From the NCBI GenBank assembly GCA_030141605.1, contig JAQGDQ010000157.1, positions 62,001-126,000 on the forward strand: DNA of 64,000 nucleotides. The letters run 5' to 3'. The number at the start of each line of letters is the position of its first letter. Within the stretch, counting starts at the first letter, position 1. Under the pieces are notes generated by a model. That model did not search any database. It was not told the DNA's origin and was given only the letters and a program-made list of their open reading frames with translations. Origin of the DNA: Tubiluchus corallicola (taxonomy: Eukaryota > Animalia > Priapulida). Below are positions 14,578 to 26,760 of the stretch, in pieces. Made by a program: the position numbers and the translations under genes.

Positions 14578-15167
14578 TAGTTACTATTAATATATGCATA
14601 ATATGCAAAATACAACATTACACAAATTATTGCATTTAAACAATTTCGTGTTTTTTTTATGTTAAATGTTTTGTTTTGCTTGATGTTAGCTGACTCACAT
14701 GACACTAGCCACTCTCTCATAGTATTGTCAAAGGCCACTACATAAAATTGTAATAAAAATAAGTTAGACAGTGGTTATTGCTGCCCTCAATTCCTAAACT
14801 TCTTGCTGTTTGGAAACTTTTAAAAAATGTAAAAGGCAGTTTATATAATTTTTTAGACAGGCCCCAAAAAGGACAAAGTAATGTTAAAGGGGTAAGAAGG
14901 ATGAAGGACAGAGTGCTAACAGTCTGCATTGCCTTTTCCAAAAGAAGGACGTCTGCTCACACTAACAATACAGTATGGAGCAGATAATTGTGTCCTGACC
15001 AAAGTCAAAATTTAACTCAAAATTAGTAATAGCTGCAACCGCAGAAATATAAAGCGACATACTTTAACTGGGAAGAGTTATAAGGTATCTTTTCGTACAG
15101 TCGAAAAATTTTCAGCAGACAATAAGCTAAAAAAATTGTAAACAGCTTTTAGAACCGAAATCCTTAC

Positions 15168-15210
15168 CAGCTACAGCACTCGCAAAGGTAGCATTGGTAG
15201 TTTCTGCCAT
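15168..15210 (-). CDS. LARP1: LARP1 first coding exon
   Basis: aagATGG start context, MAETTNATFASAVA(G), donor gtaagg at 15167. The 43 nt (phase 1) join in frame to the acceptor at 12039 (G|GT = Gly). Confidence 0.78.
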
Positions 15211-15832
15211 CTTTTCGACTTCGGTCGACATAACGGTAATGTGAGAAATTCAGAGAGCAAGAATTAATCCAGACGAAGACAAGATGTCAAGGTTATCAAG
15301 GATGACAAACATCGCAAGATTTTCTAATTCTTGCATACGGTCGCCATTACTGCGTGCAAAGAGGTTGACCCTTTAGAAATGCAGAGTAGCTTCATTATTT
15401 AAAATAACTTTCAGGCAAGAACTAATTGATATTATTTTTGCAAAGTGTATTGTGCTGATGAGGGCCAGTAAAATTTCTAATAAACTGTTAGTATGCTAGG
15501 AAGAATATAAATTAATTTGAGAATTTTGCCAACGTTTTGCACGTAACTGAGCTGGAACAGGAAACTGCAACGGAAATGACGTTTATTGTGCTCTGCTCAC
15601 TGCTCAGCTGACGTTTCGCAGTACATATGCAGTAGCATGTACGTTACAATGAATGGATTGCTGCTTGTAATGTAGTTGTTAAATAGTTAACCAGAATTTG
15701 CGATAATAACATGGTAATTATTGTTGTCAGGAAACTCCATAAGATAAGTAAATTGCGAAAAAAGTTAGAATCACGCATTATATAAAAAACTGTTTATCTT
15801 CACATTTATTTACCCTCTACTATGCTTTAGGC

Positions 15833-16093
15833 CTGTGGCTCCCAAACTGCGGGTCATGACCCACAAAGGGTCTCGGGTCATGGCGGGTCCAACTGGATGT
15901 ACATTCATCTCGCTGGAACGGCGATTAATAGACAATAGTAAACATTTTTTTGTTATTGCCTTCTCTGCTGTGATTAATCTTTTAAATTTTAAAATAATGT
16001 ATCTGGGATAATAAAAATTAGTACGTTTTCAGAAGGGGGTCATGGTAGGTTAGGTACTATTGAAAGTGGTCACGTACAGTTTGGGAAACACTT
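15833..16093. mobile_element. hAT (Charlie-like) MITE
   Basis: TIRs CTGTGGCTCCCAAACT / AGTTTGGGAAACACTT. 8-bp TSD ctttaggc / ctttagtc. Confidence 0.75.
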
Positions 16094-16109
16094 CTTTAGT
16101 CTGTCCTTA

Positions 16110-16470
16110 CTTGAATTATGTCAGGTGTCTTTGGGGAATCACTTATGCAACAAATCTAAATCCTTTACTGGCACTCCAGAGAAAATTTCTTCGTTGATTC
16201 TTTGGACCAAATGAATGTTCTCATATAGATGATACATATTTCAAACAGTATAAACTTCTTACTATTGATAACTTGGTGTTTTACAACTCTGCAATCTTCA
16301 TGTATAAAATTAATAATAAATTCTTTCCCATTTTGTTCAATAATCCTGTTAAATTAAACGTCAAATATCGTAATGCACGTTACAACCAATACATTGTCAC
16401 ATATGTTTGCACCAATGTTGCATAAAGCAGCAAATTTTATGGTCCTTTAATATGGAATTCTTTAGTATAT
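16110..16470 (+). mobile_element. L2/CR1-group LINE, 3' fragment of the RT ORF
   Basis: Reads WGITYATNLNPLLALQRKFLR*...YFKQYKLLTIDNLVFYNSAIFMYK...FYGPLIWNSL, typical L2/CR1-group C-terminal motifs. Confidence 0.7.
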
Positions 16471-18388
16471 TATCTAATAACTAGATATATACAATGTCTA
16501 ACTGTCATATTAGCAGATAAAGTTAAGTGAGTTGTGGTAGTAATAAGCTGGTTTCACTATAATGTACAGTAATCATTATTAATCATACGTCGCACAAGAA
16601 TGAAGAAGGAGAATAACCAGGAAGTATAGAAGAAGTATTAAGGTTATTGTCCCTGGAATGACACCATACTGATTTTTGCAGTGAGTCAGCTGATTGATCT
16701 ATGTCTTTTTACATTCTCAGTGGACCCCCAAATTTATATATATATATATATATACATACATATACATATTTTGCAATGGCCAAATATCAACAAATACTAC
16801 ATAATACATGTATAATGTATAATGTCAGAAATACGAACTTCAATACAGTGAAACACGACTTTTAATCAAATTAGTTTTGTATCATACTATGCGAACAATG
16901 AAAGAAATACAATCAACTTGAAGCATAATCAATTTTGATAGCACATGAAGTACAGCGCAAACTGTGTGGTAATGATTTGCCTGTTTTTGAGCTCAATCCG
17001 ATATTCATTCCACAGATTGCGTATAGTAAATCTGATTTTAAGTACAATGACGGACATACCAAGCTAATTTCAGAGAATCACCCACATATATTTTTCATTA
17101 TCTTATTTTACCTTAGGGCCAACCGTGGTCCACCTGAGAACTACGACCCAGCTTTGGTCTTGTCCACCAGTTGAATACATTGTGGCCCTATAATTATTGT
17201 ACAGAGGCCTTTGTGGTTTTGAATATAATGAAATGCCCAACGTGCATTTGAAATAATGTTATTCGCTGGCATGCTGCGCGACGAAATAGTTTCAGTGGGC
17301 CCAAAGATACCCGTAGACCAGCCCTAGGCCAATGACCTCCTTGACCTATTGGTAAATTTGACCCCTGAGTCTTACAACAAGTTTGCTAGTGGAAGTAGAA
17401 CCGGGGTTTCTCTAGCTTCCCGGCCAATAAATTTTCAATGTACCATTCAAGCAAAATGGAACAGAAACAACCTGCAGAATTTATTCAGCCAGGCAAAACG
17501 AGTTGAAAGTTAAAGGAAATATGTGATAGAACAAAAAATGTATTCATTATTAATTTTAGCTTTTAAAATAAGATAGGAAATTTCTAAAAAACAAAATTAA
17601 CAAAATGTCGCAAATTATGATGACACTGTCATTTGCCAGTGACAGTTTGATCACGAATAATTAACAAATGACTATCAACCCAACAGAACCATTAAAGACT
17701 GAATAAAAGCATAGCATAACACAAAACTACAAACCTTGTAACAATATACTGTTTATTAATTCAACATAAAAGGGAAACAGTGTCACACAGTGAACTTTTC
17801 AGACATTTGTCAGAGATGATGATTTTACATTATCTAAGTAGCACTACATTTAACAATATAAATTATTATTGATTTATTAACTTATCTATAGTTTTAGATA
17901 TACATACTGTATTACTAATTTTTGTACTGCTAATTGCTTCATTCCGCCATCATATTATCAAGAAATTAAAAAATAATTATTACATTTTCCATAGTTAGGA
18001 TAATGGAAGAAAAAAATGAAGTTTTTCAGAAAAATGAGTCCCTGTAGCATCACATTCTTTGCAATTTGAACTACTAGCTAACCAACCATTCTCCTCTGTT
18101 GATTGTACTTGAAAAAAACTACCTGCTTTTAAAATGCATTACAAAGTAAGTTAATTACGGATTTAATAGCTAAAAAGTGATGAAAAAGAGAAGAGGAGAA
18201 ATACACACTGAATTCAGAATAAGTTGGATAATTAGGGACCAAAAAGATTGTTCAAGTTGGGTTATAGTTCGGGTCCAGTGAAGCAATGTATAAGACCCCA
18301 GGTGGCTTACACGCACATTCATTACTCTCGTGATGCATAGTATAATGGAACCGGAGCCACTATACTAAATCCTAGGTGGCACATATTT

Positions 18389-18769
18389 AATAAGCCTTTT
18401 CACCGTTCCACGATTTATTGCGATCGTTAAAAGGTCAAAGGTTAAGTGTACCAGACAACACATTTGCATACACTTGACAACGCAGTGCAACCATGCTGTT
18501 GCAATACTAACAGTTTTAACAGTTAGCTAGAACCTTACCTAATTCATTTTTCTTGTTCCCAAGCAAGATCCTACTAGTAAATCACTCTATGCACAGTCTA
18601 ATGCATAATTAAGTAACGTCCACATAAAAACAACTGAAGTTATTGAACTAATGCTTTGCATTACCCACATGTCACATGACGATTATAGTTAAGACGCGTT
18701 GCTGTGGTACACTTAACCCTTGAACTACAGCAACTGCGCATGTGCACAACGAAACTGCAAAAAGGATTA
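18389..18769. mobile_element. MITE family A copy
   Basis: Homologous to 1783-2168. Confidence 0.8.
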
Positions 18770-19123
18770 CTCTGCATACAACTATGCTCATGTTATACAT
18801 GCAATCAGACTCATAACTCATGGCTAATGGTGTGGACAGTCCATTAATTAAATTTAGGAATAGAGAGGTGTATGAGTACAGAAGTTCAGTAATAACAATG
18901 CTTAAGGGGAAGAAAAGGGAATTTTAAAGTATACATTCGATACAAAGTTATACTACTTAGCAAATCGCTTACCTGTTTGAATTATGTAATTGGAAAGGAA
19001 TGTAAAATGGAAAATGCATGATTTTATCTTTTTGTGTTAACACATAGAACCATGTTATGGTTTAGAAATTTATAAGATACAATCATTGACAACAATAGTA
19101 TACACAGTAGCAGTACAGTAGTA

Positions 19124-19496
19124 CAGTCATATCTCGGTGTGCCGAACCTCATTTTTACGGATATCGGAAAAAACGGACAAAATCTGGACCGTCAAGTCAC
19201 GCATACAACGGACACAGTCCGTTGTTTCACGAGCTGACCGCTAGTTGGCAGGCTGCTATTTTGTTTACATCATTACATTAGTGCAACCAAGCAGCATGTG
19301 ATGACACTTGTGTAGCTTGTATGTTAGGAGTGGCCTGTACTAGATGTTTTTGAAATATTTAAGCGATTGATTCTACATTACTGTGAGCCTAATACATGGC
19401 GGCGCCCACTGTATTAGCTTAGTATCAGTAAATAAAGACAATCGGCAAATTCGGATGGACGTCTCTCCACTTTTGTCCGGCAAACCGAGATGAGTG
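19124..19496. mobile_element. Tc1/mariner-type MITE in the probable CCDC22 3' UTR; inverted partial copy at about 35823-36212
   Basis: TA|CAGTCATATCTCGGTGTGCCGAAC ... GTCCGGCAAACCGAGATGAGTG|TA. Confidence 0.65.
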
Positions 19497-19600
19497 TACA
19501 GCATTTCATCTCTGCATCACTTTTCTGTGCAAGTAATTAAAGGACAAAAAATTGTCACTGGGACAAATAAAACTGCACTACTCACACCAACAAATAGAAC

Positions 19601-19717
19601 TTAATTTTGTTGTTTGAGTTGTGATAAGAGAGTAGAATTTTCCTTTTTCATCTGCTGGAAATCAGCCACGATTCTCTCCAAATTTGCTGCAGTTTTCTTG
19701 TTGCCTTCTGATTCCAG
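19601..19717 (-). CDS. CCDC22: CCDC22 exon 16 (last coding exon)
   Basis: LESEGNKKTAANLERIVADFQQMKKENSTLLSQLKQQN*. Acceptor acaag, stop TAA at 19601-19603. Confidence 0.9.
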   Translation of the reverse strand: MESEGNKKTAANLERIVADFQQMKKENSTLLSQLKQQN

Positions 19718-19788
19718 CTTGTAAAATAAAAAAAGAATATTAGTCACAAATTTAAAGCACATTTAACAACAAATTATACAGCAGATGC

Positions 19789-20105
19789 TTAAAGGAAGAT
19801 GGGATGCTGTTTCATATCCTATCCCATTTTATCAGGTCGGTAAAAGTATACTATTTAACACCTATAATACGGCAAAAGCATTTCTGAAAGTTAAATAATA
19901 GATTAAGATCTTAATTAGTGGCGGGCAAGCCCAATTATTGATGACATCACAAACCAACATAATTTTCAAGAGCAAAAAATTTCATGTTGCATGTGTTTGC
20001 GAAAACGAAAATTGAAGTACAGTGCTACTGTAAGATAGTCAGTGTGTTGTACTAAAACTAGGCAAGTTTCGAGATAAAAATTCAAATTTACCGCTGTACT
20101 CACGC
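19789..20105 (+). mobile_element. TTAA-flanked Kolobok-like MITE (family K), partial
   Basis: Starts TTAA|AGGAAGA. Homologous to 27625, 33502, 53969 and 55818. Confidence 0.65.
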
Positions 20106-20258
20106 GTTGGTAACTTTTCAGTATGTTTCTCATTCCAGAAGCTTATGTATACTTTATACAAGTATAAATAGCAAAACATTGCAATAGTTAGGTGCATTTG
20201 CTGATAATTCTCAGCAAAGCAAATTTATCCATATGACTACATAATATCTTTAGCTTAC

Positions 20259-20333
20259 CTGGTCTTCTAAATCTCTAATTTCTCGCAGGATCCCACCAGT
20301 GTCTTCAACTGTCTTAATCAGCAGATTACAATT
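20259..20333 (-). CDS. CCDC22: CCDC22 exon 15
   Basis: NCNLLIKTVEDTGGILREIRDLEDQ, flanked by ag and gtaagc. Confidence 0.93.
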
Positions 20334-20369
20334 CTGAAAAGTTCAGACATTTCATCAAAACTTCGAAAA

Positions 20370-22364
20370 CCACCAGTAGTTTACCTTTCAGCATAGCAAT
20401 GTAGTACGAAGCCATTATTAGCTGTGGCTTTCAGCATAGCACTGTACTATGAAGCCACTAACAGCTGCAGCTTCCAGCAGAACAATGTACTACAAAACCA
20501 CCAACAGCTGCAGCTCACAGCATTGCAATGTACTATGAAGTCACCAACAGCTGCAGCTCCTTGCATAGCAATGTACTATGAAGCCACCAACACCTGCAGC
20601 TCCAAGCATAGTAATGTACTATGAAGCCACCAATAGCTGCAGCTCCCAGCATAGGAATGTACTATGAAGCCACCAATAGCTGCAGCTCCCAGCATAGGAA
20701 TGTACTATGAAGCCACCAATAGCTGCAGCTCCCAGCATAGGAATGTACTATAAAGCCACCAACAGCTGCAGCTCCAAGCATAGTAATGTACTATGAAGCC
20801 ACCAATAGCTGCAGCTCCCAGCATAGGAATGTACTATGAAGCCACCAACAGCTGCAGCTCCAAGCATAGTAATGTACTATGAAGCCACCAATAGCTGCAG
20901 CTCCCAGCATAGGAATGTACTATGAAGCCACCAATAGCTGCAGCTCCCAGCATAGGAATGTACTATGAAGTCACCAACAGCTGCAGCTCCAAGCATAGCA
21001 ATGTACTATGAAGTCACCAACAGCTGCAGCTCCAAGCATAGTAATGTACTATGAAGCCACCAACAGCTGCAGCTCCTTGCATAGCAATGTACTATGAAGT
21101 CACCAACAGCTGCAGCTCCTTGCATAGCAATGTACTATGAAGCCACCAATAGCTGCAGCTCCCAGCATAGGAATGTACTATGAAGTCACCAACAGCTGCA
21201 GCTCCAAGCATAGTAATGTACTATGAAGCCACCAACAGCTGCAGCTCACAGCATAGCAATGTACTATGAAGCCACCAACAGCTGCAGCTCCAAGCATAGG
21301 AATGTACTATGAAGTCACCAACAGCTGCAGCTCCAAGCATAGCAATGTACTATGAAGTCACCAACAGCTGCAGCTCCAAGCATAGTAATGTACTATGAAG
21401 CAATGTACTACGAAGTCACCAACAGCTGCAGCTCCAAGCATAGTAATGCACTATGAAGCCACCAACAGCTGCAGCTCACAGCATAGCAATGTACTATGAA
21501 GTCACCAACAGCTGCAGCTCCTAGCATAGCAATGTACTATGAAGCCACCAACAGCTGCAGCTCCAAGCATAGTAATGTACTATGAAGCCACCAATAGTAG
21601 CAGCTCCCAGCATAGCAATGTACTACGAAGTCACCAACAGCTGCAGCTCCAAGCATAGTAATGCACTATGAAGCCACCAACAGCTGCAGCTCACAGCATA
21701 GCAATGTACTATGAAGTCACCAACAGCTGCAGCTCCTTGCATAGCAATGTACTATGAAGCCACCAACAGCTGCAGCTCCAAGCATAGTAATGTACTATGA
21801 AGCCACCAATAGTAGCAGCTCCCAGCATAGCAATGTACTACGAAGTCACCAACAGCTGCAGCTCCAAGCATAGTAATGCACTATGAAGCCACCAACAGCT
21901 GCAGCTCACAGCATAGCAATGTACTATGAAGTCACCAACAGCTGCAGCTCCTTGCATAGCAATGTACTATGAAGCCACCAACAGCTGCAGCTCCAAGCAT
22001 AGTAATGTACTATGAAGCCACCAATAGTAGCAGCTCCCAGCATAGCAATGTACTACGAAGTCACCAACAGCTGCAGCTCCAAGCATAGTAATGCACTATG
22101 AAGCCACCAACAGCTGCAGCTCACAGCATAGCAATGTACTATGAAGTCACCAACAGCTGCAGCTCCTTGCATAGCAATGTACTACAAAACCACCAACAGC
22201 TGCAGCTTCCAGCATAGCAATGTACTACAAAGTTACCAACAGCTGCAGCTCCCAGCATAGCAATGTACTATGAAGCCACCAACAGCTGCAGCTCCCAGAC
22301 TAGCAATGTACTACAAAGTCACCAACAGCTGCAGCTCTCAGCATAGCAATGTACTATGAAGCCA
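20370..22364. repeat. 43-bp minisatellite (~46 units), left arm
   Basis: Unit GAAGCCACCAACAGCTGCAGCTCCCAGCATAGCAATGTACTAT, period 43 (e.g. 20641 to 20684). Confidence 0.97.
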
Positions 22365-25300
22365 ATAAGGTCCTGCTGCCCCATGATGGTGAAACCCAAC
22401 CTGCAGCCTTGTCGTGGCAAGGGGGCTTAGTACCACTAATGTAGGCTCTGGGACCAAATGCTCGGTGGTATATCTGGGTGCCCCACTGCCTTGTGGGTGA
22501 AGTCTCTTTAGACAAAGGCTAGGAGAAGGTAACTCTGATTTCAAATCCCCCTGTTGCCTTGCAGGGTAAGTCTCCTCAGACAAAGGCTAGGAGAAGGCGA
22601 CTCTGATTTCAAACCGGGGTAGGTGGAGCCCGCTTAGTCTCTTTAGACAAGCCCACCTAAGAGAAGGTAACTCTGATTCCAAATCCCCGGCCACTGCTGG
22701 CAACCGGCAATTCAGGCTGGTTCTCACTTTCATCGAGTTCTTCAGGCTGGCCAGCTGCGCTCCGGTTCGTGATGGACATGTGCTCAATTTGGGACCTGCC
22801 TATTATGTCGTGCCGGAAGGAGAGAGTGGGGTGGGCGCTGCACAAACCCACCTTTCTCATATCTGTGCAGGTTGTCCCACAGTCAACCAATCAAAAACTT
22901 CCAGTCCTGCGGCGATGAGTGTGCGGCGGTGGGGGCAGGCAAAGAGTATTGCTGGGAGCCCTTAGCAGCAAACTTACACGTAGGCGGCACCAGTGTGATG
23001 GTCGTTCACTGTAGACCCGGGACAATTGCAGTGTTCGGTCCTGCTGGAGCGTCGGAGCTGCCGTTTTCACGGAGAGCCAGCTCCCCCCAATTCGGGGCAT
23101 GGTCTGGAAAAGGTGACCTAAAGAAGCTTGTCCCTCTTCAACCTGCTGGCAAGCCGCTGTCAGCTGGTTACTCAAATCTTGCGGTCGAAAAACACGAAAA
23201 CACTGTTACACTTTTGGAGCATGGAATGTCCGTACACTGATCGATAGTGAACAGTCTATTGAGAGAAGAACGGCAATCGTGGCTAGGGTTCTCAATGAAC
23301 AAGGTGTGGACTTTGCAGCGCTCAGTGAAACGCGTCTTGAGGAAGAGTCCCAACTGTCAGAAGATGGGGCAGGTTACACCTTCTTTTGGATCGGAAGGCC
23401 ACAGGAGCAACCACGTCAAGCAGGAGTCGGCTTTGCTGTGCGAACAAAGCTTGTGCAACACCTGGTCAGTCTTCCAAAAGGTATCACTGAAAGGCTTATG
23501 ACAATGCGAGTCCGGCTCTCAGATGGTCATTTTGCAACGTTACTCAGTGTATATGCCCCGACGATGTCTTACCCGGATGAGGCTAAAGAGGAATTCTATG
23601 AACTGCTGTCCAGGACCATCACAACCATCCCCTCAGGTGACAAGATCCTTCTTCTGGGGGACTTTAATGCACGCGTAGGACGAAACTCTGTGGCCTGGGA
23701 GAATGTGATTGGCCATCATGGCATCGGCGCTGAAAATTCGAATGGCACATTGCTCCTGAGTCTCTGTGCTGCCCACAGGCTTGTGATCACAAACACATTG
23801 TTTCAGCAGAAGGATGCCTTCAAAACAACCTGGATGCATGCCAGATCAAAACATTGGCATGTTTTGGACTATGTGATTGTGCGACAGAGGGACCGACATG
23901 ATGTGCACCTCACTAGAGCGGTTCGTTGCACCACTGCCTGGTCTGACCACCGGCTGGTCAAGGTGAAGACAGCCCTACAAGTTCCCCCAAAGGTTCGCGC
24001 AAAGTCTGCAAGAGCACCACGACTTGACTTATCGAAGCTGAAGCTGCCCGCACATCGTATGTTGCTGGAGCAGAAGATATCCACGCAATTCCAAGCACAG
24101 AGTGAGATGCTGGACACCATAGCAGGCAATGTAGAGGAAGAGTGGGAACTTTTGAAAACCACTACATATGACAGTGCTGCAGCAGCACTTGGGAAACGTC
24201 GTAGGGACAAAAACGACTGGTTTGACCACAACGATCAGAAGATTCATGGCATACTATCCAATCTGCACGAGAAACATCTGGACTGGGTGAATGATAAGAA
24301 TTGCCTAGCAAAGAAAGACAGCTACCATCAAGCGAGGTCTGTTGCACAGGCGAGGATTAGGAAGATGAAAGATGCTTGGTGGGTCGATCGAGCCATAAGA
24401 CTTCAGGATGCTGCCGACCGGCACGATACTCGTGCCTTCTATCAAGAGCTGAAGACTGTACATGGTCCTAGTTTCAACGGATCCATGGCTGTTTTGTCAA
24501 TAGATGGTAACACGCTTTTCACGGAACCAACTGCTATTGTCCAGAGATGGGCTGAACATTTCGAGCAGATTTGGAAACATCCTTCTATCATCGACGATGA
24601 TGTCATCATTAACGTGCCGCAACAACCAACAATGGAGGAACTGGCTGTGCCGATTCAGTTGGAAGAGGTGAAAGCTGCGATCAAGGCTATGAAATGTGGA
24701 AAAGCCCCTGGTGCAGATGGCATTAGCCCTGAAATCTTCAAGTATGGTGGTCCGCTTCTTGTGGAAAGGCTTTTCAAGCTTTTCAATACCATTTGGGAGG
24801 CTGAGACTGTGCCGCAGGACTTCAAAGATGCTACGATCATCCATCTATACAAGCGGAAAGGCGATCGCGCAGATTGCAACAACCATAGGGGAATATCGCT
24901 GCTGAGTATCGCTGGAAAGATTCTGGCTCAAGTAATTATACGGCGCATTAGTTCTCTCGCTGAGCAATTCCACCCAGAAAGCCAGTGTGGATACAGGGCA
25001 AACCGTGGTACTGTTGACATGATCTTCGCTGTGCGGCAGTTGCAAGAAAAGTGTAGGGAGCAACATCGGGGATATTGATATTCGTGGATTTAACAAAAGC
25101 GTTTGATTCAGTCAGCAGGGAGGGACTTTGGAGACTTCTGTGTCGGACAGGATGTCCCTCAAAAATTGTCAATATAATACGCTCTTTTCACGATGGCATG
25201 CAGGCTCGTATTGTGGATGGGCACCAGGAGTCCTCTCCGTTTGCAGTCAACAACGGTGTTAAGCAGGGATGTGTACTAGCCCCACTGCTTTTTGGAATAG

Positions 25301-26412
25301 TCATTGCTGCAGTAATACGCGATGCTAACAACGAGTGCTATCGGGGTGTCGAGGTCAGGTTTCGTTACGATGGCGGCGTATTCAACCTGCGCCGCTTCAA
25401 GGCGCGAACGATGGTGTGTTACACCTTGATAAGAGAACTGCTGTATGCTGATGACTGTGCACTTGCCAGTCATTCCATGGAGGATGCACAATTTTTGATG
25501 GACAACTTCGCTTTATCAGCCACCCGTTTCGGTCTGACTGTGTCTGTGAAGAAGACAGAAGTTTTAGTGCAGCCTAGACCTGGTACAACTCCTACAGCAC
25601 CTGCTATAACGATCGGAGATGAAACTCTAAAGGTCGTGGATCGGTTCAGTTACCTGGGAGGCACAGTGACAAATGATTGCTCTAGTGATTGTGATATAAC
25701 CACCAGAATTGGCATGGCTGCAGCAACCTTCGGGGGCCTGTCAGGAAGACTGTGGAATACCCGGGATGTCCGCCTAGCAACGAAGATGGCAGTTTACAAG
25801 GCAGCCATTCTACCGGTGCTACTTTACAACTGCGAAACCTGGACACTGTACCGCAAACAGGTCAAGAAGCTTGACAGTTTCCATATGCGCTGTTTACGTC
25901 GGATAGCTGGCATTCGCTGGCAGGACAGAGTGCCTAACACGGAAGTCTTGGGTCGCTGTAATGCCTGGGGCATTGAATCCCACATATTTGCGGCACGGCT
26001 CCGCTGGTCTGGTCATGTGTCCCGGATGGGTGAGGACCGTATTCCTCGGACTCTCCTGCTTGGTGAGTTGGCAGTAGGGGCAAGGAGGGTCGGTAGGCCC
26101 TTTAAGCGTTACAAAGACCAGCTGAAGGATACCCTGAATCAATGCAACATCCAACCAGAAAACTTCGAGACCCTGGCGAGTGACAGAACGCAGTGGAGAG
26201 CGCTCTGCAAGAGAGCAGTGATCAACTTTGAGCATCTACGAATAGAAGATCTCAAAGAAAAGAGGCGTCGGCGTAAGAATAATGTGCAGTGACTGGACGG
26301 ACTTTCATGACTCATTTATTTTATTTCCTACTGTAATATCTCTCTGTATTTTGTCTGTATTTTGTGTCTGTCTGTGGGGCCGGATCCGTCGTTTGACGAC
26401 GGCCTACCAATA
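22365..26412 (+). mobile_element. RTE-clade non-LTR retrotransposon, near full length (4048 bp), antisense to CCDC22
   Basis: APE endonuclease plus reverse transcriptase. 10-bp TSD TATGAAGCCA at 22355-22364 and 26413-26422; removing the element restores the satellite register. 3' hairpin CCGTCGT-TTG-ACGACGG. Confidence 0.95.
23180..26292 (+). pseudogene. RTE endonuclease/reverse transcriptase ORF, split by one frameshift at about 25075
   Basis: Motifs GAWNVRTL, ALSETR, VYAPT, LGDFNARVG, LDYVIV, SDH (APE) and KAPGADG, NHRGISLL, FVDLTKAFDSV, GVKQGCVLAP, LYADD, LRWSGHV (RT). The frame changes in REQHRG/Y-IFVDL. Confidence 0.92.
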
Positions 26413-26760
26413 TATGAAGCCACCAATAGCTGCAGCTTCCAGCATAGCAATGTACTACGAAGTGAAGTCACCAACAGCTGCAGCTCCCAGCATAGCAAGG
26501 TACCGTGAAGCCACCAACAGCTGCAACTCCCAATATAGCAATGAAGCCACCAACAGCGCCCACTCCCGGCATAGCAACGTACCAGAAAGCCACCAACAAC
26601 TGCCAAGTCCCAGCATACCAATGTACAACGAACCCAGTATTAGCCGAGGCTTTTAACATAGCAAATACTATAAAACCACCAAGAGCTGTGGCTTTTAACA
26701 TAGCAGTGTATAGAAGCTACAAAGAGCTGTGGCTTTCACCAAGCAATGTGCTAACAATGT
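26413..26760. repeat. 43-bp minisatellite, degenerate right arm (~8 units)
   Basis: Same unit as the left arm, diverging progressively toward exon 14. Confidence 0.9.

Noticed and set aside
20370-22364. CRISPR-like appearance of the 43-bp array, which has a palindromic core
   Set aside because: Units are contiguous with no unique spacers, there are no cas genes, and the context is a eukaryotic intron.
25072-25080. Programmed frameshift or stop-restart between the two RTE ORFs
   Set aside because: The break falls in a conserved RT motif that appears to lack residues, and there is no slippery site. A deletion or sequencing error is more likely.
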